Source of the DNA: Alphaproteobacteria bacterium
GTDB taxonomy: Bacteria; Pseudomonadota; Alphaproteobacteria; MPNO01
Length of the DNA stretch: 64,000 nucleotides
Assembly: GCA_965248835.1 (NCBI GenBank)
Contig: CBDFLJ010000001.1
Coordinates: 1,728,001 to 1,792,000, forward strand
Direction: 5' to 3'
Part shown: piece by piece, positions 19,519-29,788 of the stretch
Layout of the letters: each line of letters starts with the position of its first letter
Position numbering within the stretch: position 1 is the first letter of the stretch
The notes under the pieces: generated by a model
Told to the model about the DNA's origin: nothing
The model's database searches: none
What the model saw: the letters and a program-made list of their open reading frames with translations, nothing else
Translations under genes and position numbers: made by a program

Positions 19519-21084
19519 GTGAGCTTCGCAATGACCCGAAGCGCTGGAGACCAAGATGTCGAGCGATTCCGTCTTGGCGCGTTCGTCGACCTGATCGATC
19601 GCCAGGGTGAGCTCGAACGCTATCGCGAGCCGATCGACCTGATCGATATCGCCGCCCAGCTGGACGGCAACCCGAAAGCGGTGCTGTTCGAGGCCGCCGG
19701 ACCCGAGAAGGCCCGGATGGTCGGCAACGTCATGGGCAGCCGGGACCGGTTGGCGCTCGCCATGGGGGTCGACAAGCGCGACCTGCTGGCGACGGTCATC
19801 GAGCGGCTGCGCGGCGCCATCCCGCCGGTCGAGGTGACCAGCGCCCAGGCGCCCTGCCACCAGGTCGTCCTGCAGGGCGAGGAGGCGGACTTCACCAGGC
19901 TTCCGGTCCACCTGCAGCACCAATGGGACGGCGGACCCTATATTTCCGCCGGCATCGACATCACCGCCGCGCCCGACGGTACCAAGCGGAACGTCGGCTA
20001 CCGCCGCATGATGTTGCGCGGGCGCAAGGAGGCGGGGATCGATCTGATCGCACCAAGCGATCTGCGCGGGATCTACGGCGCGTATGCCGGCCAGAAACAG
20101 CGCATGCCGATGGTCTTCGTCATCGGCTCGCACCCGGCCGACGGCATCGCCGCGACCAGCATGACGATGCACGCCGACGAGATCGGGGTCATGGGCTCGG
20201 TCCGCGGCGCACCGGTACCGATGGTGAAGTGCGTCACCACCGACGCCTATGTGCCCGCCGATGCGGAGATCGTGCTCGAAGGCTATCTCGACGAGAACGG
20301 CTGGTACGAGCCGGAAGGCCCCTACGGCGAGTATGTCGGCTATTACGGCCACATGAAGGTCAACCCGGTCTTTCACCTCAGCGCGATCACGATGCGCCGC
20401 GACGCGGTGTTCCAGACCGCAACGATCGGCGGCCGCTTCCTGGCCCGGACGGACACCGCGCAACTGTGCGCGCTGCGCAGCGAGGCCGCGGTCTGGCAGT
20501 CGCTGGAGACCTCGATACGCGAGCCGGTGTCGGTCTATTGCACCGCGTCCTGCGGCGGCATGTTCAACGTCCGGATCTCACTCAGGCAGGGGTATCCGGG
20601 AGAGGTCCGCAACGCGCTCACCGCGGTGATCGGCTCCAAGGCCGATTGCAAGCACGTCTTCGCGGTCGATCCGGACATCGACATCTTTTCGGACGAGCAG
20701 ATGGATTGGGCGTTCGCGACACGGTTCCAGGCCGACCGGGATCTGATGGTGACCACGGGGCACCGGGCCGTGCCGCTCGACCCGTCGCTGGGTGGAGCGC
20801 GGCAGGGCGCCAAGGCGGGGTTCGATCTGACGCTGCCCTTCGGCTGGGACCCGAAGACCGACTATCTGGTGCCCGAGCCGCCCAAGCTCGGCCCGCCGAG
20901 AAATCAAACCGTGCATGAATTGCTCAGGACGGGTCCGCAACATTTCCGCGACCTGATGGAAGGCACTGGCAGCCGGGACGGGCGGGACGTGATCCTCGAC
21001 CTTGACGCGGTCAGGAACGATGTCGGTCTCCAACGGCTCGACGACGGGCGTTACGCGCTGCCCGAAAGCCCGTCCCGGACCTGA
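19519..21084 (+). CDS. UbiD family (de)carboxylase with C-terminal extension
   Basis: DGGPYIS, NVGYRR, VPADAEIVLEG, EGPYGEYVGYY, VDPDIDI, ATRFQADRD; start GTG 19519 or ATG 19531. Confidence 0.9.
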   Translation: MSFAMTRSAGDQDVERFRLGAFVDLIDRQGELERYREPIDLIDIAAQLDGNPKAVLFEAAGPEKARMVGNVMGSRDRLALAMGVDKRDLLATVIERLRGAIPPVEVTSAQAPCHQVVLQGEEADFTRLPVHLQHQWDGGPYISAGIDITAAPDGTKRNVGYRRMMLRGRKEAGIDLIAPSDLRGIYGAYAGQKQRMPMVFVIGSHPADGIAATSMTMHADEIGVMGSVRGAPVPMVKCVTTDAYVPADAEIVLEGYLDENGWYEPEGPYGEYVGYYGHMKVNPVFHLSAITMRRDAVFQTATIGGRFLARTDTAQLCALRSEAAVWQSLETSIREPVSVYCTASCGGMFNVRISLRQGYPGEVRNALTAVIGSKADCKHVFAVDPDIDIFSDEQMDWAFATRFQADRDLMVTTGHRAVPLDPSLGGARQGAKAGFDLTLPFGWDPKTDYLVPEPPKLGPPRNQTVHELLRTGPQHFRDLMEGTGSRDGRDVILDLDAVRNDVGLQRLDDGRYALPESPSRT

Positions 21085-21111
21085 AGGGAGCCGGAGACCG
21101 GGCGGCATCGG

Positions 21112-22563
21112 GTGGAGACGCTGATCAAGGGCTGCCGGGCTCTGCTGCCGGATGGCGGCGGGCTGGCGATGCGGGACTGCGATATCGTTGTCCGCGATGG
21201 CGCGGTCGCTGCGGTCGCCGGTCCCGGCGAGGTCGAGACCGGCGCCGGCGCGACGATCCTTTCCGGCACCGACCGGCTGGTCGTCCCGGGGTTCGTCAAT
21301 GCCCATACCCATTCGCCGTCGAACATGCTGCGCGGCACGGCGGACGGGATGGACCATGTCGGGTTCATGTGGATGAACCAGGCCGACAATTTCGGCCGCA
21401 GCGCGGAGGAGGTCGAGATCGCGGCCGCGCTTGGCGCGCTCGACATGCTGCGCTCGGGCGTGACGTCGGCGATCGACCACTACCCGGAGCAGAACTGCAC
21501 GGCGGCGGCAGTGGCGCCGGTTGCGCGCGCCTATGCCGGCATCGGCATGCGGGCCGCGATCGCGCTGCGCGTCTTCGACATGGCCTATGACGACATCGAC
21601 CCGGCCCGGTTCGACGGCCTGGACGCGGAGGTCCCCGCGGACAACCCGCTCACGCCGGTCCCCGCCGATGAGATCGATGCCATGTGCCGCGAAGCGGCAA
21701 CAACCTGGCACGGCCATGGCGGGCTGATCTCGATCTTCCCCGGCCCGTCCAACCCGATCCGCTGTTCCGACGACCTGCTGGTGCGCTGCCATCGCATCGC
21801 CGTCGACCACGACCTCGGCATCCACGCCCATCTCCTGGAGACCCGCATCCAGCAACGCCTGGCGGCCGAGCGCTACGGCCATTCGATGGTGGCCCAGATG
21901 GCGGCGCTCGGCATCCTCGACCGGCGCTGGTCGTTCGCCCACGCGGTCTGGGTCGATGACCACGATATCGCACTCCTGGCCGAGCACCGGGCCGTGGTGG
22001 TCCACAACCCGCACTCGAACGCGAAGATCGGTGCGGGCGTGGCGCCGGTGGCAAAGATGCTCAAGGCCGGGGTGCAGGTGGCGCTCGGCACCGACGGGGC
22101 GAGCACCAACGATACCTTGAGCCTGCACGAAGCGATGACGCTGGCCTGTCTGCTGCCGCGTGTCTCGGGCACCGACCGGGCCGACTGGCCAGGGCCCGCG
22201 GCAGCCGTCGGGCTGGCGACGACCGGCGGGGCCGCGGCGCTGAACATGGCCGGCACGCTCGGGGCGATCGCCCCCGGCATGCGGGCCGATCTGGTGCTCT
22301 ATGACCTGAAGACGCCGACATTCGCGCCGCTCAACGACCCGGTCCAGCACCTGGTGTTTTCCGAGCGCGGGCGTTCGGTCGCGACCGTGCTGGTCGACGG
22401 CGCCGTGGTCTATGACGGGGGCCGCTACATATCGGCCGATGCCGATGCGGTAATCGCCGAAGCGCGGTCGATGCGCAACAGCCAGCGCGGGCGCAATCGG
22501 CGGCTCTACCGGTTCGCCGAGGCGCTGGTCCGCGCCCAGGAACGGGCCGGCGCGGCGCATTAG
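21112..22563 (+). CDS. Amidohydrolase family protein (AtzA/MTA-deaminase-like)
   Basis: PGFVNAHTH, HAHLLE, AHAVW, ALGTDG, GMRADLV. Confidence 0.85.
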   Translation: METLIKGCRALLPDGGGLAMRDCDIVVRDGAVAAVAGPGEVETGAGATILSGTDRLVVPGFVNAHTHSPSNMLRGTADGMDHVGFMWMNQADNFGRSAEEVEIAAALGALDMLRSGVTSAIDHYPEQNCTAAAVAPVARAYAGIGMRAAIALRVFDMAYDDIDPARFDGLDAEVPADNPLTPVPADEIDAMCREAATTWHGHGGLISIFPGPSNPIRCSDDLLVRCHRIAVDHDLGIHAHLLETRIQQRLAAERYGHSMVAQMAALGILDRRWSFAHAVWVDDHDIALLAEHRAVVVHNPHSNAKIGAGVAPVAKMLKAGVQVALGTDGASTNDTLSLHEAMTLACLLPRVSGTDRADWPGPAAAVGLATTGGAAALNMAGTLGAIAPGMRADLVLYDLKTPTFAPLNDPVQHLVFSERGRSVATVLVDGAVVYDGGRYISADADAVIAEARSMRNSQRGRNRRLYRFAEALVRAQERAGAAH

Positions 22564-22625
22564 GCTTGCCCGGGGCCGGCTCTTCGCCCACCATCTGCGC
22601 GACACCGAACGGGGCTTGCGGCAAC

Positions 22626-23918
22626 ATGGCGGAGAACAGGGCCACCGGGCTCGACATCGCATGGGCGAGGGACGACGGCACAAGGGTGCCGTTCGAGGTG
22701 TTCAACGACCGGGCGCTGTACGAGCTGGAGCTGGATCGTATCTTTACCGGTCCGCACTGGCAGTATCTCGCCCTGGAGCAGGAGATTGCCGAGCCGGGCG
22801 ATTACGCCACCACCTATCTCGGCGAGCGCCGGGTGGTGGTCGCCCGCGCCCTGGACGGGCGGATCCACGCCTTCGAGAACCGCTGCGCCCACCGCGGCGC
22901 CCAGGTCGTCACCCGGCTGCGCGGCAACGCCAAGCAGTTCAACTGCCCCTATCACATGTGGTGCTACGACCATGCCGGCAGCCTGACCGCGGTGCCCCAG
23001 CAGAAGGGCGTCAAGGGCCGGGGCGGCATGCCGGAGGACTTCGACCTTGCCGGCCGGGGGATGCGCAAGCTCCGGACGGCCTGCTACCGCGGTCTGGTTT
23101 TCGGCACCTTTGCCGATGAGATCATGCCCTTGGAGGCCTATCTCGGGGCGAATGCGGTCAAGCAGATCGACCGGATCACCGACCGGCCGCTCCGCCGGCT
23201 GGGCTATTTCCGCCAGGTGGTGGAGGCCAACTGGAAGCTCTATGCCGAGAACACGCGTGATCCCTACCACGCGCCGCTGCTGCATCTGTTCCATGTCACC
23301 TTCGGCATCCAGACACCGGCGATGAAAGGCGCCGCGCTGATGGATCCCGAACTGAAGAACAACTGCATCCTTTCGATCGCTGATCCGGACGATGCCAAGG
23401 ACCACGACGTGCTGGTCGAGCAGTACAGCACCAACGCCAAGTACCGGCCGGAGTTCGCGCTCAAGGACCCGCGGCTGATCGGCACCAAACGGTCGTTCGA
23501 CGACGACATCAACCTGGTGATCCTGTCGATCTTTCCCTCGCTGGTGATCGCTCAGGTCGAGGGCGCCTTCCAGATCCGCCACGTGCGCCCCAAGGGGCCG
23601 GAGAAGTTCGAGATCTACTGGACCTATTTCGGCTTTGCCGACGCGGATGCGGACGAGCACGAGGACAAGCTCCGGCTCGCCAACATGATCGGGCCGGCTG
23701 GTTTCATCTCGATGGAGGACGGCGAGGCCGCAAGGCTGGTGCAGCAGGGCGTGCGCACCCAGCGCGGCGACAGCGCATTCATCGAGATGGGCGGCCGCGG
23801 TCCGGTCGAGGACCAGGACCACCTTGTCACCGAGGTCGCGATCCGCGGCTTCTGGCAGTACTACCGAAAGGTAATGCGGTTCAACCCGACGCAAGGGTCC
23901 GGCGATGGCGTGCGATGA
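22626..23918 (+). CDS. Rieske aromatic ring-hydroxylating oxygenase large subunit (salicylate 5-hydroxylase/NagG-like)
   Basis: NRCAHRG...CPYHMW, NWKLYAENTRDPYHAPLLH, GPAGFISMEDGEA, IRGFWQYY. Confidence 0.85.
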   Translation: MAENRATGLDIAWARDDGTRVPFEVFNDRALYELELDRIFTGPHWQYLALEQEIAEPGDYATTYLGERRVVVARALDGRIHAFENRCAHRGAQVVTRLRGNAKQFNCPYHMWCYDHAGSLTAVPQQKGVKGRGGMPEDFDLAGRGMRKLRTACYRGLVFGTFADEIMPLEAYLGANAVKQIDRITDRPLRRLGYFRQVVEANWKLYAENTRDPYHAPLLHLFHVTFGIQTPAMKGAALMDPELKNNCILSIADPDDAKDHDVLVEQYSTNAKYRPEFALKDPRLIGTKRSFDDDINLVILSIFPSLVIAQVEGAFQIRHVRPKGPEKFEIYWTYFGFADADADEHEDKLRLANMIGPAGFISMEDGEAARLVQQGVRTQRGDSAFIEMGGRGPVEDQDHLVTEVAIRGFWQYYRKVMRFNPTQGSGDGVR

Positions 23919-24393
23919 CCCGCAGGCCGGCGCGCCCTATGTCGAGCTGCTGGCGCTCTATGCCGACTACGCGCTGGCCCTGGAGGAGCGCCGTTTCGAG
24001 GATTGGCCGGGCTATTTCACCCGGACCTGCGTGTATGAGGTCCAGTCGCGCGAGAACCGCGAGCTCGACCTGCCCGGCGCGCTGATCATGTGCGACACGC
24101 GCGCCATGATCGAAGACCGCATCACCGTCCTGCGCGACACGCTGACCTACCCCTACCTGCACATCCGGCATCTGGTCGCCAACCTGCGCGTGCTCGAAGC
24201 CGGAGACGGATCCTGGCGGACCAGCGCGAGCTACCTGGTGCTGCATTCGACCGAGGAAGGCGAGACCCGGATCTATTCCACCGGCAAGTACGAGGACGAG
24301 ATCGTCCGCGAGGACGGTGCGCTCCGGTTCCGCAAGAAGATCGTGATCGCCGATACGTTTGCGATCGACAATTTGCTGGCAGTGCCGCTGTAG
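23905..24393 (+). CDS. Ring-hydroxylating oxygenase small (beta) subunit
   Basis: Overlaps the large subunit; WPGYF, SREN, DRI, GKYED motifs, ends LLAVPL. Confidence 0.85.
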   Translation: MACDDPQAGAPYVELLALYADYALALEERRFEDWPGYFTRTCVYEVQSRENRELDLPGALIMCDTRAMIEDRITVLRDTLTYPYLHIRHLVANLRVLEAGDGSWRTSASYLVLHSTEEGETRIYSTGKYEDEIVREDGALRFRKKIVIADTFAIDNLLAVPL

Positions 24394-24420
24394 GCCCCGA
24401 TGTCGGAGTCAGAACACGCG

Positions 24421-25389
24421 ATGACCAAGGCGCTGGTGGTTCACGAATATGGCGGGCCGGAGGTGCTGCGGCTCGAAGACGTCGATGTCGGCGCGCCCGG
24501 GCCGGGCGAGATCCGCATGCGTCATACCGCGATCGGGCTCAACCTGTCCGATACCTACCGCCGGCGCGGCGTCTATCCGCTGGCGTTGCCGGTGATCGTC
24601 GGCTCCGAAGGCGCCGGCGTAGTCACCGCGCTCGGCCCGGATGTCGACGGGCTCGCCCTTGGCGAGCGCATCGCCTATGCCGGTCCGCTCGGCGCCTATG
24701 CCGCCGAGCGCCTGATCGCCGCCGACAAAATCGTCCGCCTGCCCGAGGCGATCGATGACCGCACGGCCGCGGCGATGATGCTCAAGGGCCTGACCGTCCA
24801 CTACCTGCTGCACTGGACCTATCCGGTCCAGCGCGGCGACACCGTGCTCGTCCACGCCGCTGCGGGCGGCGTCGGGCTGATTTTCTGCCAATGGGCGAAA
24901 CACCTGGGCGCGACCGTCATCGGCACCGTCGGCTCGTCCGCCAAGGCCGCGATCGCCGCCGCGCACGGCTGCGATCATCCGATCGTCTATACTGAGCGGA
25001 GTTTTCGCGAGGCGACGATGGAAATCACCGGCGGCGAGGGCGTGCATGCGGTCTACGATTCGATCGGCGCGGACACGTTCGCGGACTCCATCGCCTGCGC
25101 CCGGCCGCGCGGGGTGATCGCGGGCTTCGGCCAGGCCTCGGGTCCGTTCCCGCCCCTCGATACCGGGCTGTTGGCGCGCGGCTCGAAGTTCGTCACCCGG
25201 CCCGGGCTCGCCGATCACATCGCCACGCGGGAGATGATCGAGACCGGCGCCGGCCGGCTGTTCGACCTCGTCGGCGCCGGCGTGGTGCGGATCAACGTCA
25301 ATCAGGTCTATCCGCTTGAACAGGCCGCCCAGGCGCACGCCGACCTCGAAGGCCGCAAGACCACGGGCTCGACGGTGCTCATCCCCTGA
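24421..25389 (+). CDS. NADPH:quinone oxidoreductase (MDR family)
   Basis: GGPEVL, GSEGAG, LVHAAAGGVG, FGQASG, KTTGSTVL. Confidence 0.9.
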   Translation: MTKALVVHEYGGPEVLRLEDVDVGAPGPGEIRMRHTAIGLNLSDTYRRRGVYPLALPVIVGSEGAGVVTALGPDVDGLALGERIAYAGPLGAYAAERLIAADKIVRLPEAIDDRTAAAMMLKGLTVHYLLHWTYPVQRGDTVLVHAAAGGVGLIFCQWAKHLGATVIGTVGSSAKAAIAAAHGCDHPIVYTERSFREATMEITGGEGVHAVYDSIGADTFADSIACARPRGVIAGFGQASGPFPPLDTGLLARGSKFVTRPGLADHIATREMIETGAGRLFDLVGAGVVRINVNQVYPLEQAAQAHADLEGRKTTGSTVLIP

Positions 25390-25422
25390 GCGGGCCATGC
25401 TGGAGACGAAACGGAGCAGTCG

Positions 25423-26832
25423 ATGAACAAGGACCTCAGAACGTTCCTCGCCGAGGCCCGCCAGATGGGGCCGGATTATTTCGCCTCCGTCAGCCGCGAG
25501 GTCGACCCGATCTACGAGCCTTGCGTGATCCAGCAGAAGCTCGCCGCGCGCGACGAATGGCCGGTCATCCGGTTCGACAACGTCGCAGGCTCCGACATGG
25601 CGCTGGTCACCAACCTGTTCGGCAAATACGAGCTCCTGGGCCTCGCGCTCGGGGTCGATCCCGACCGGCCGAAATCGGCGATCCTCGACCGGTTTCGCGA
25701 GCGCATCGCAAAGCCGTTGCCGACCAAGCAGGTCGCGCGCGCGGACGCGCCGGTCAAGCAGGTCGTGCTCGGCAGGGACGAGGTCGACCTCGGCGCCTTC
25801 CCGGTGCTCAAGCACGCCGAGGGCAACTCGGGCAAATACATCGCCATCGGCTGCCTGGTGGTGAAGGACCCCGAGACCGGCGTGCTCAATGCCGGGGTCT
25901 ACCGCCACGAGATCCAGGGCAAGGCCGAGCTCGCCTGCATGTTCAACCCGGCCCATCATGCCGGCTACATCTATCGGAAGTACCGCGAGGCGGGCAAGCC
26001 GATGCAGGCCGTGCTGTTCATCGGCCATCATCCGGCCGGCGTCCTGGGCGTCCTGTCCAAGCAGTCCTTCCATAGCGACGAGTACGAGATGATGGGCGCG
26101 CTGATGGGCGAGCCGCTCGAAGTCGTCGACGGCGAGACCGTCGACATCCCGGTGCCGGCCTGGGCGGAGATCGCCATCGAGGGCTATCTCGATCCCGCCA
26201 AGGAGACCAGCGACGGCCCGTTCTCGGAATACACCGGCTTCTACGGCCCGGCCAAGGACCCGGTCGGGCTGATGCAGGTCACCGCCATCACGATGCGCAA
26301 GGACGCGATCTTCCACGACCTCGACCCCTCGCACCGCGAGCACAACCTAGCCGGCGCGCTGGCTTTCGAAACCGCGCTTTATACGGCGGTTTCCAAGCTC
26401 GTCCCCTCGGTCACCGGCGTTCACATGCCGCCGTCGGGCAATTGCACCTTCACGGCCTATGTGAAGATCAAGAAGCGGGTCCCCGGCGAGGGCAAGTCCG
26501 CCGGGCTCGCCGCGCTTGCCGGCGATGCCAACGTCAAGATCGCGGTCGTGGTCGATGACGAGATCGACATCTACAACGACTCCGACGTCCTGTGGGCGAT
26601 CTCGACCCACGTCCAGGCCGACCGCGACGTCACCATCATCCCCTACGCCATGGGCGCGCATCTCGACCCGTCGGCCTACGGCGAGGTGCGCACCGACAAG
26701 GGCCCGATGCAGACCAAGATGATCATCGATGCGACCAGGCCGGCGACGCTCGACTTTGCCGAACGCATCGTCCCGCCCAAGGAGGCATGGGCGCGCATCC
26801 GGTTGGAGGACTATGTCGACGGGCTGAGCTGA
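25423..26832 (+). CDS. UbiD family (de)carboxylase
   Basis: NAGVYR, VPAWAEIAIEG, DGPFSEYTGFY, VVDDEIDIY, IIDATRP. Confidence 0.9.
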   Translation: MNKDLRTFLAEARQMGPDYFASVSREVDPIYEPCVIQQKLAARDEWPVIRFDNVAGSDMALVTNLFGKYELLGLALGVDPDRPKSAILDRFRERIAKPLPTKQVARADAPVKQVVLGRDEVDLGAFPVLKHAEGNSGKYIAIGCLVVKDPETGVLNAGVYRHEIQGKAELACMFNPAHHAGYIYRKYREAGKPMQAVLFIGHHPAGVLGVLSKQSFHSDEYEMMGALMGEPLEVVDGETVDIPVPAWAEIAIEGYLDPAKETSDGPFSEYTGFYGPAKDPVGLMQVTAITMRKDAIFHDLDPSHREHNLAGALAFETALYTAVSKLVPSVTGVHMPPSGNCTFTAYVKIKKRVPGEGKSAGLAALAGDANVKIAVVVDDEIDIYNDSDVLWAISTHVQADRDVTIIPYAMGAHLDPSAYGEVRTDKGPMQTKMIIDATRPATLDFAERIVPPKEAWARIRLEDYVDGLS

Positions 26833-26854
26833 GCCGGTGCGGCCCCGCGCCGGA

Positions 26855-27913
26855 TCAGTCGCAGGCCAGCGCGTAGACCCCTTCGACACCGGGCGGGAGC
26901 GGCCGCTGGAACCAGGTCTCGCCGCCGTCCTCGGTGCCGAACACCTGACCGCGCCGGGCGCCGCAATAGATGCGTTCCGGGTTGCTGCGGCTTTCGGCGA
27001 GGACCATCAAGGTGCTGTTGATCGGCTGATGGTCGTCGAAGCGCTGCCAGGTTCGGCCGAAATCGCGGCTGCGGTAGAGGCTGCCTTGGGTGCTGTCCGC
27101 AGACACGCTGAGTGCCGCGTAGAGGCACTCCGGGTCGTGCTGCGAGGCCTTGACGTCGCGCGCGTAGGTCAGCGGCGAGAACCGGCCGATCCCGATCTCG
27201 GTCCAGGTTGCGCCCTTGTCCGGGCTGCGGAACAGGCCCATCCGGTTGGCGAGCAGCACCGTGCTCGGATGGGCGCCGCTGATGGCGATCGCATGGGTGT
27301 CCATCATGCCCTCGTTGGGATCCGCGGTGACCAGCGGGCTCTGCAGCCCGGCGTGCCGGGCGAGCGCCAGGAGGTCGGTGCTGATATCCGACCAGGTCTC
27401 GCCGCCGTCGAGGCTGCGGACCACGCCGGAGACCTCGAGCCCGGCATAGATCTCATCGGGGGCACCGGGGTCGATGACGATGCGCACCACCCGGACCGGG
27501 AACGGCATCGCGATCCCGCCGCCGGGCACCGGCACGGCGAGCTCCTGCCAGGACGCGCCGCCATCGCGGGTGCGGAAGATCGAAAACCCCTCGACACCGA
27601 CGAAGATCGTTTGCGGATCGTTCGGGTGAAGGCAGATCGACCACACGACCCGGTTCGGCCCCGGCAAGCCCAGCGAGCGCCAGGTCCGCCCGGCATCCTC
27701 GCTCCGGTAGGGGCCGGCCTGCGTCCCGGCATAGACGATGTCCGGGTCGTCGGCGCGGATGGCGATACTGCGGACTTCGACATCCGCCGGCAGGCCGCCG
27801 TCCAGCGCTTGCCACGCGCCGTCGCCGGCCGACAGGCGGAAGAAGCCGTGCGTGCGTGCGCCTTCCGACGCCCCCGGCCAAGCCCCGATTCCTGCATAGA
27901 CGGTTCCCGTCAT
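26855..27913 (-). CDS. BNR/Asp-box repeat beta-propeller protein
   Basis: Repeated S.DgG.TW motifs (SEDAGRTW, TRDGGASW, SLDGGETW, SPDKGATW, SRDFGRTW, TEDGGETW). Confidence 0.82.
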   Translation of the reverse strand: MTGTVYAGIGAWPGASEGARTHGFFRLSAGDGAWQALDGGLPADVEVRSIAIRADDPDIVYAGTQAGPYRSEDAGRTWRSLGLPGPNRVVWSICLHPNDPQTIFVGVEGFSIFRTRDGGASWQELAVPVPGGGIAMPFPVRVVRIVIDPGAPDEIYAGLEVSGVVRSLDGGETWSDISTDLLALARHAGLQSPLVTADPNEGMMDTHAIAISGAHPSTVLLANRMGLFRSPDKGATWTEIGIGRFSPLTYARDVKASQHDPECLYAALSVSADSTQGSLYRSRDFGRTWQRFDDHQPINSTLMVLAESRSNPERIYCGARRGQVFGTEDGGETWFQRPLPPGVEGVYALACD

Positions 27914-27994
27914 GGCGCGCTCCCGGTTGTCGGATCTCGGCGATTGTAGGACGGTGCGGGCAATCGCGACAGCGGTGCTTTTGCTCACCCGACG

Positions 27995-28023
27995 TTGACA
28001 CCTTATCCGCACCCTGAGAGCAT
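27995..28023 (+). promoter_or_regulatory. Putative sigma70 promoter for the VOC gene
   Basis: TTGACA (27995-28000), 17-bp spacer, weak -10 GAGCAT; AGGAG RBS before ATG 28056. Confidence 0.35.
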
Positions 28024-28055
28024 CGCCGGAACTTCCGCATGCCAAGGAGCAGGCA

Positions 28056-28487
28056 ATGGCCAAGCTGCGTCACATCGCGCTGTCGGTCTCGGACCTCGAG
28101 GCCGCCAGGAAATTCTTCGAGGACGCCTTCGACATGGAGATGGTCGGAAAGGCCGCCACCGGCGTTTACATGTCCGACGGCACGATCAACATCGCGCTGC
28201 TCGCGCGTGAGGGCCGGCCGCTGGGCTACGAGGGCGAGGAGCCGTTCTACGGCATCGACCATTTCGGCATCTGGGTCGATGACATCGACGAGGCCTGCCG
28301 GAAGGTCGAGGCCGCCGGCGCGCACCATGTCATGGGCGAGCCGACCAACAATCCCAACACGTTCTACGAGGTCAAGTACCGCGACCCGCTGGGCCAGCTC
28401 TTCGATTTGACCGAGAACGGCTGGAAGGGCGCGGTCAAGGAAGTCGTCCCGGCGGCCGCCCGGGACAAGGCCGAGGCCGCCGAGTAG
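28056..28487 (+). CDS. VOC/glyoxalase family protein
   Basis: KLRHIAL, GIDHFGIWVDD, KYRDPLG. Confidence 0.85.
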   Translation: MAKLRHIALSVSDLEAARKFFEDAFDMEMVGKAATGVYMSDGTINIALLAREGRPLGYEGEEPFYGIDHFGIWVDDIDEACRKVEAAGAHHVMGEPTNNPNTFYEVKYRDPLGQLFDLTENGWKGAVKEVVPAAARDKAEAAE

Positions 28488-28495
28488 GCCGGGCG

Positions 28496-29746
28496 ATGTC
28501 CGAGCCCGCCCGCCCGCGCTACGACCTCGTCATCGCCGGCGATGACGTGATCGATCCCGCGCGGGGCTATCGCGGTCCCGCCGAGATCGCGATTTCCGAA
28601 GGACGCATCGCCCGGATTGCGCCGCGCCTGCCGCCGCACGAGACCAAACGGCGGATCGATGCCGGCGGCAAGCTCGTCTGCCCCGGTCTGATCGACCTCC
28701 ATGTCCATGTTTACGAATGGGTGACCAATTTCGGCCTCCACCCCGACGAGGCGGGCGTCCATTCCGGCGCCACCACCATCGTCGATCAGGGCAGCGCGGG
28801 TGCCTGGACCGTCGGCGGCTTCAAGGCCTATATCGCCGATCCGGCGATCACCGACGTCAGGAGCTTCGTTTCGGCCAATCTCGCCGGCGCGCTGATGGGC
28901 GGGATGGAAGGCACGGTCCTGCACAACCCCGGCATCATGCGGATCGCGGAGATCGTCCGCGTGGCGTCGGAATTTCCGGATCTGGTCAAGGGCATAAAGA
29001 GCCACGGCGAATCCGGCGGGTTGTCCCATTGGGGGCTGGAGGTGCTCGAGATGGCGGTCGAGGCCGGACGCGCGGCGGGCTTGCCGCTCTACGTCCATAC
29101 CGGAGAGCTGTTCCCGGTCGATGAGGCCGCCCGCCCGGCGCCCGAAACCGTGCTGCAGCAGGTGGTGCCGGTGCTGGCGCCGGGCACCACGCTCGCCCAT
29201 GTCTATTCGACCATGCCCGACGGGATCACCGGCGGCGCCGATCCGATCCCCGCGATCGTCTTCGAGGCGCTGGAGCGCGGGATCCATTTCGACATCGGCC
29301 ACGGCGTCAATTTCAGCTTCGCGATCGCGCGCCGCATGATGGAAGCGGGCGTGCTTCCCAACACCATCTCCTCGGACGTCCATTCGGACTTCAACGCCTA
29401 TCACGACGATTCCAAGCTGCGCTACAGCCTGTGCGGCGCGATGACCAAGCTCGCCGCGCTGGGCATGAAGCTCGAAGACGTGATCGCGCGCACGACGCTG
29501 CATCCGGCCCGCATATTGGGCGAGGAAGACGAGATCGGCACGCTGGCCGCGGGATCGCGCGCGGACATTACCGTGCTCGACCGGGCACGGGGCCGTTGGA
29601 CGCTGAGCGATTCGACCGGCGAGGAGATCACGGTCGAGGAGCGTCTGGTGCCCGATCTGGTGATCCGCGAGGGAATGGCGATCACGCCGAACCGGCGGCT
29701 CCTGCGCGACATCTGCCATCCCGAGGCCGCGGCCGCGGCGGAATAG
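28496..29746 (+). CDS. Amidohydrolase/deacetylase (dihydroorotase-like) family
   Basis: PGLIDLHVH, DQGSAG, KGIKSH, FDIGHG, ISSDVH. Confidence 0.82.
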   Translation: MSEPARPRYDLVIAGDDVIDPARGYRGPAEIAISEGRIARIAPRLPPHETKRRIDAGGKLVCPGLIDLHVHVYEWVTNFGLHPDEAGVHSGATTIVDQGSAGAWTVGGFKAYIADPAITDVRSFVSANLAGALMGGMEGTVLHNPGIMRIAEIVRVASEFPDLVKGIKSHGESGGLSHWGLEVLEMAVEAGRAAGLPLYVHTGELFPVDEAARPAPETVLQQVVPVLAPGTTLAHVYSTMPDGITGGADPIPAIVFEALERGIHFDIGHGVNFSFAIARRMMEAGVLPNTISSDVHSDFNAYHDDSKLRYSLCGAMTKLAALGMKLEDVIARTTLHPARILGEEDEIGTLAAGSRADITVLDRARGRWTLSDSTGEEITVEERLVPDLVIREGMAITPNRRLLRDICHPEAAAAAE

Positions 29747-29788
29747 GCGCCGCGGCGCGGATCCAGGACATATCGGAGGAGCCAGCGT

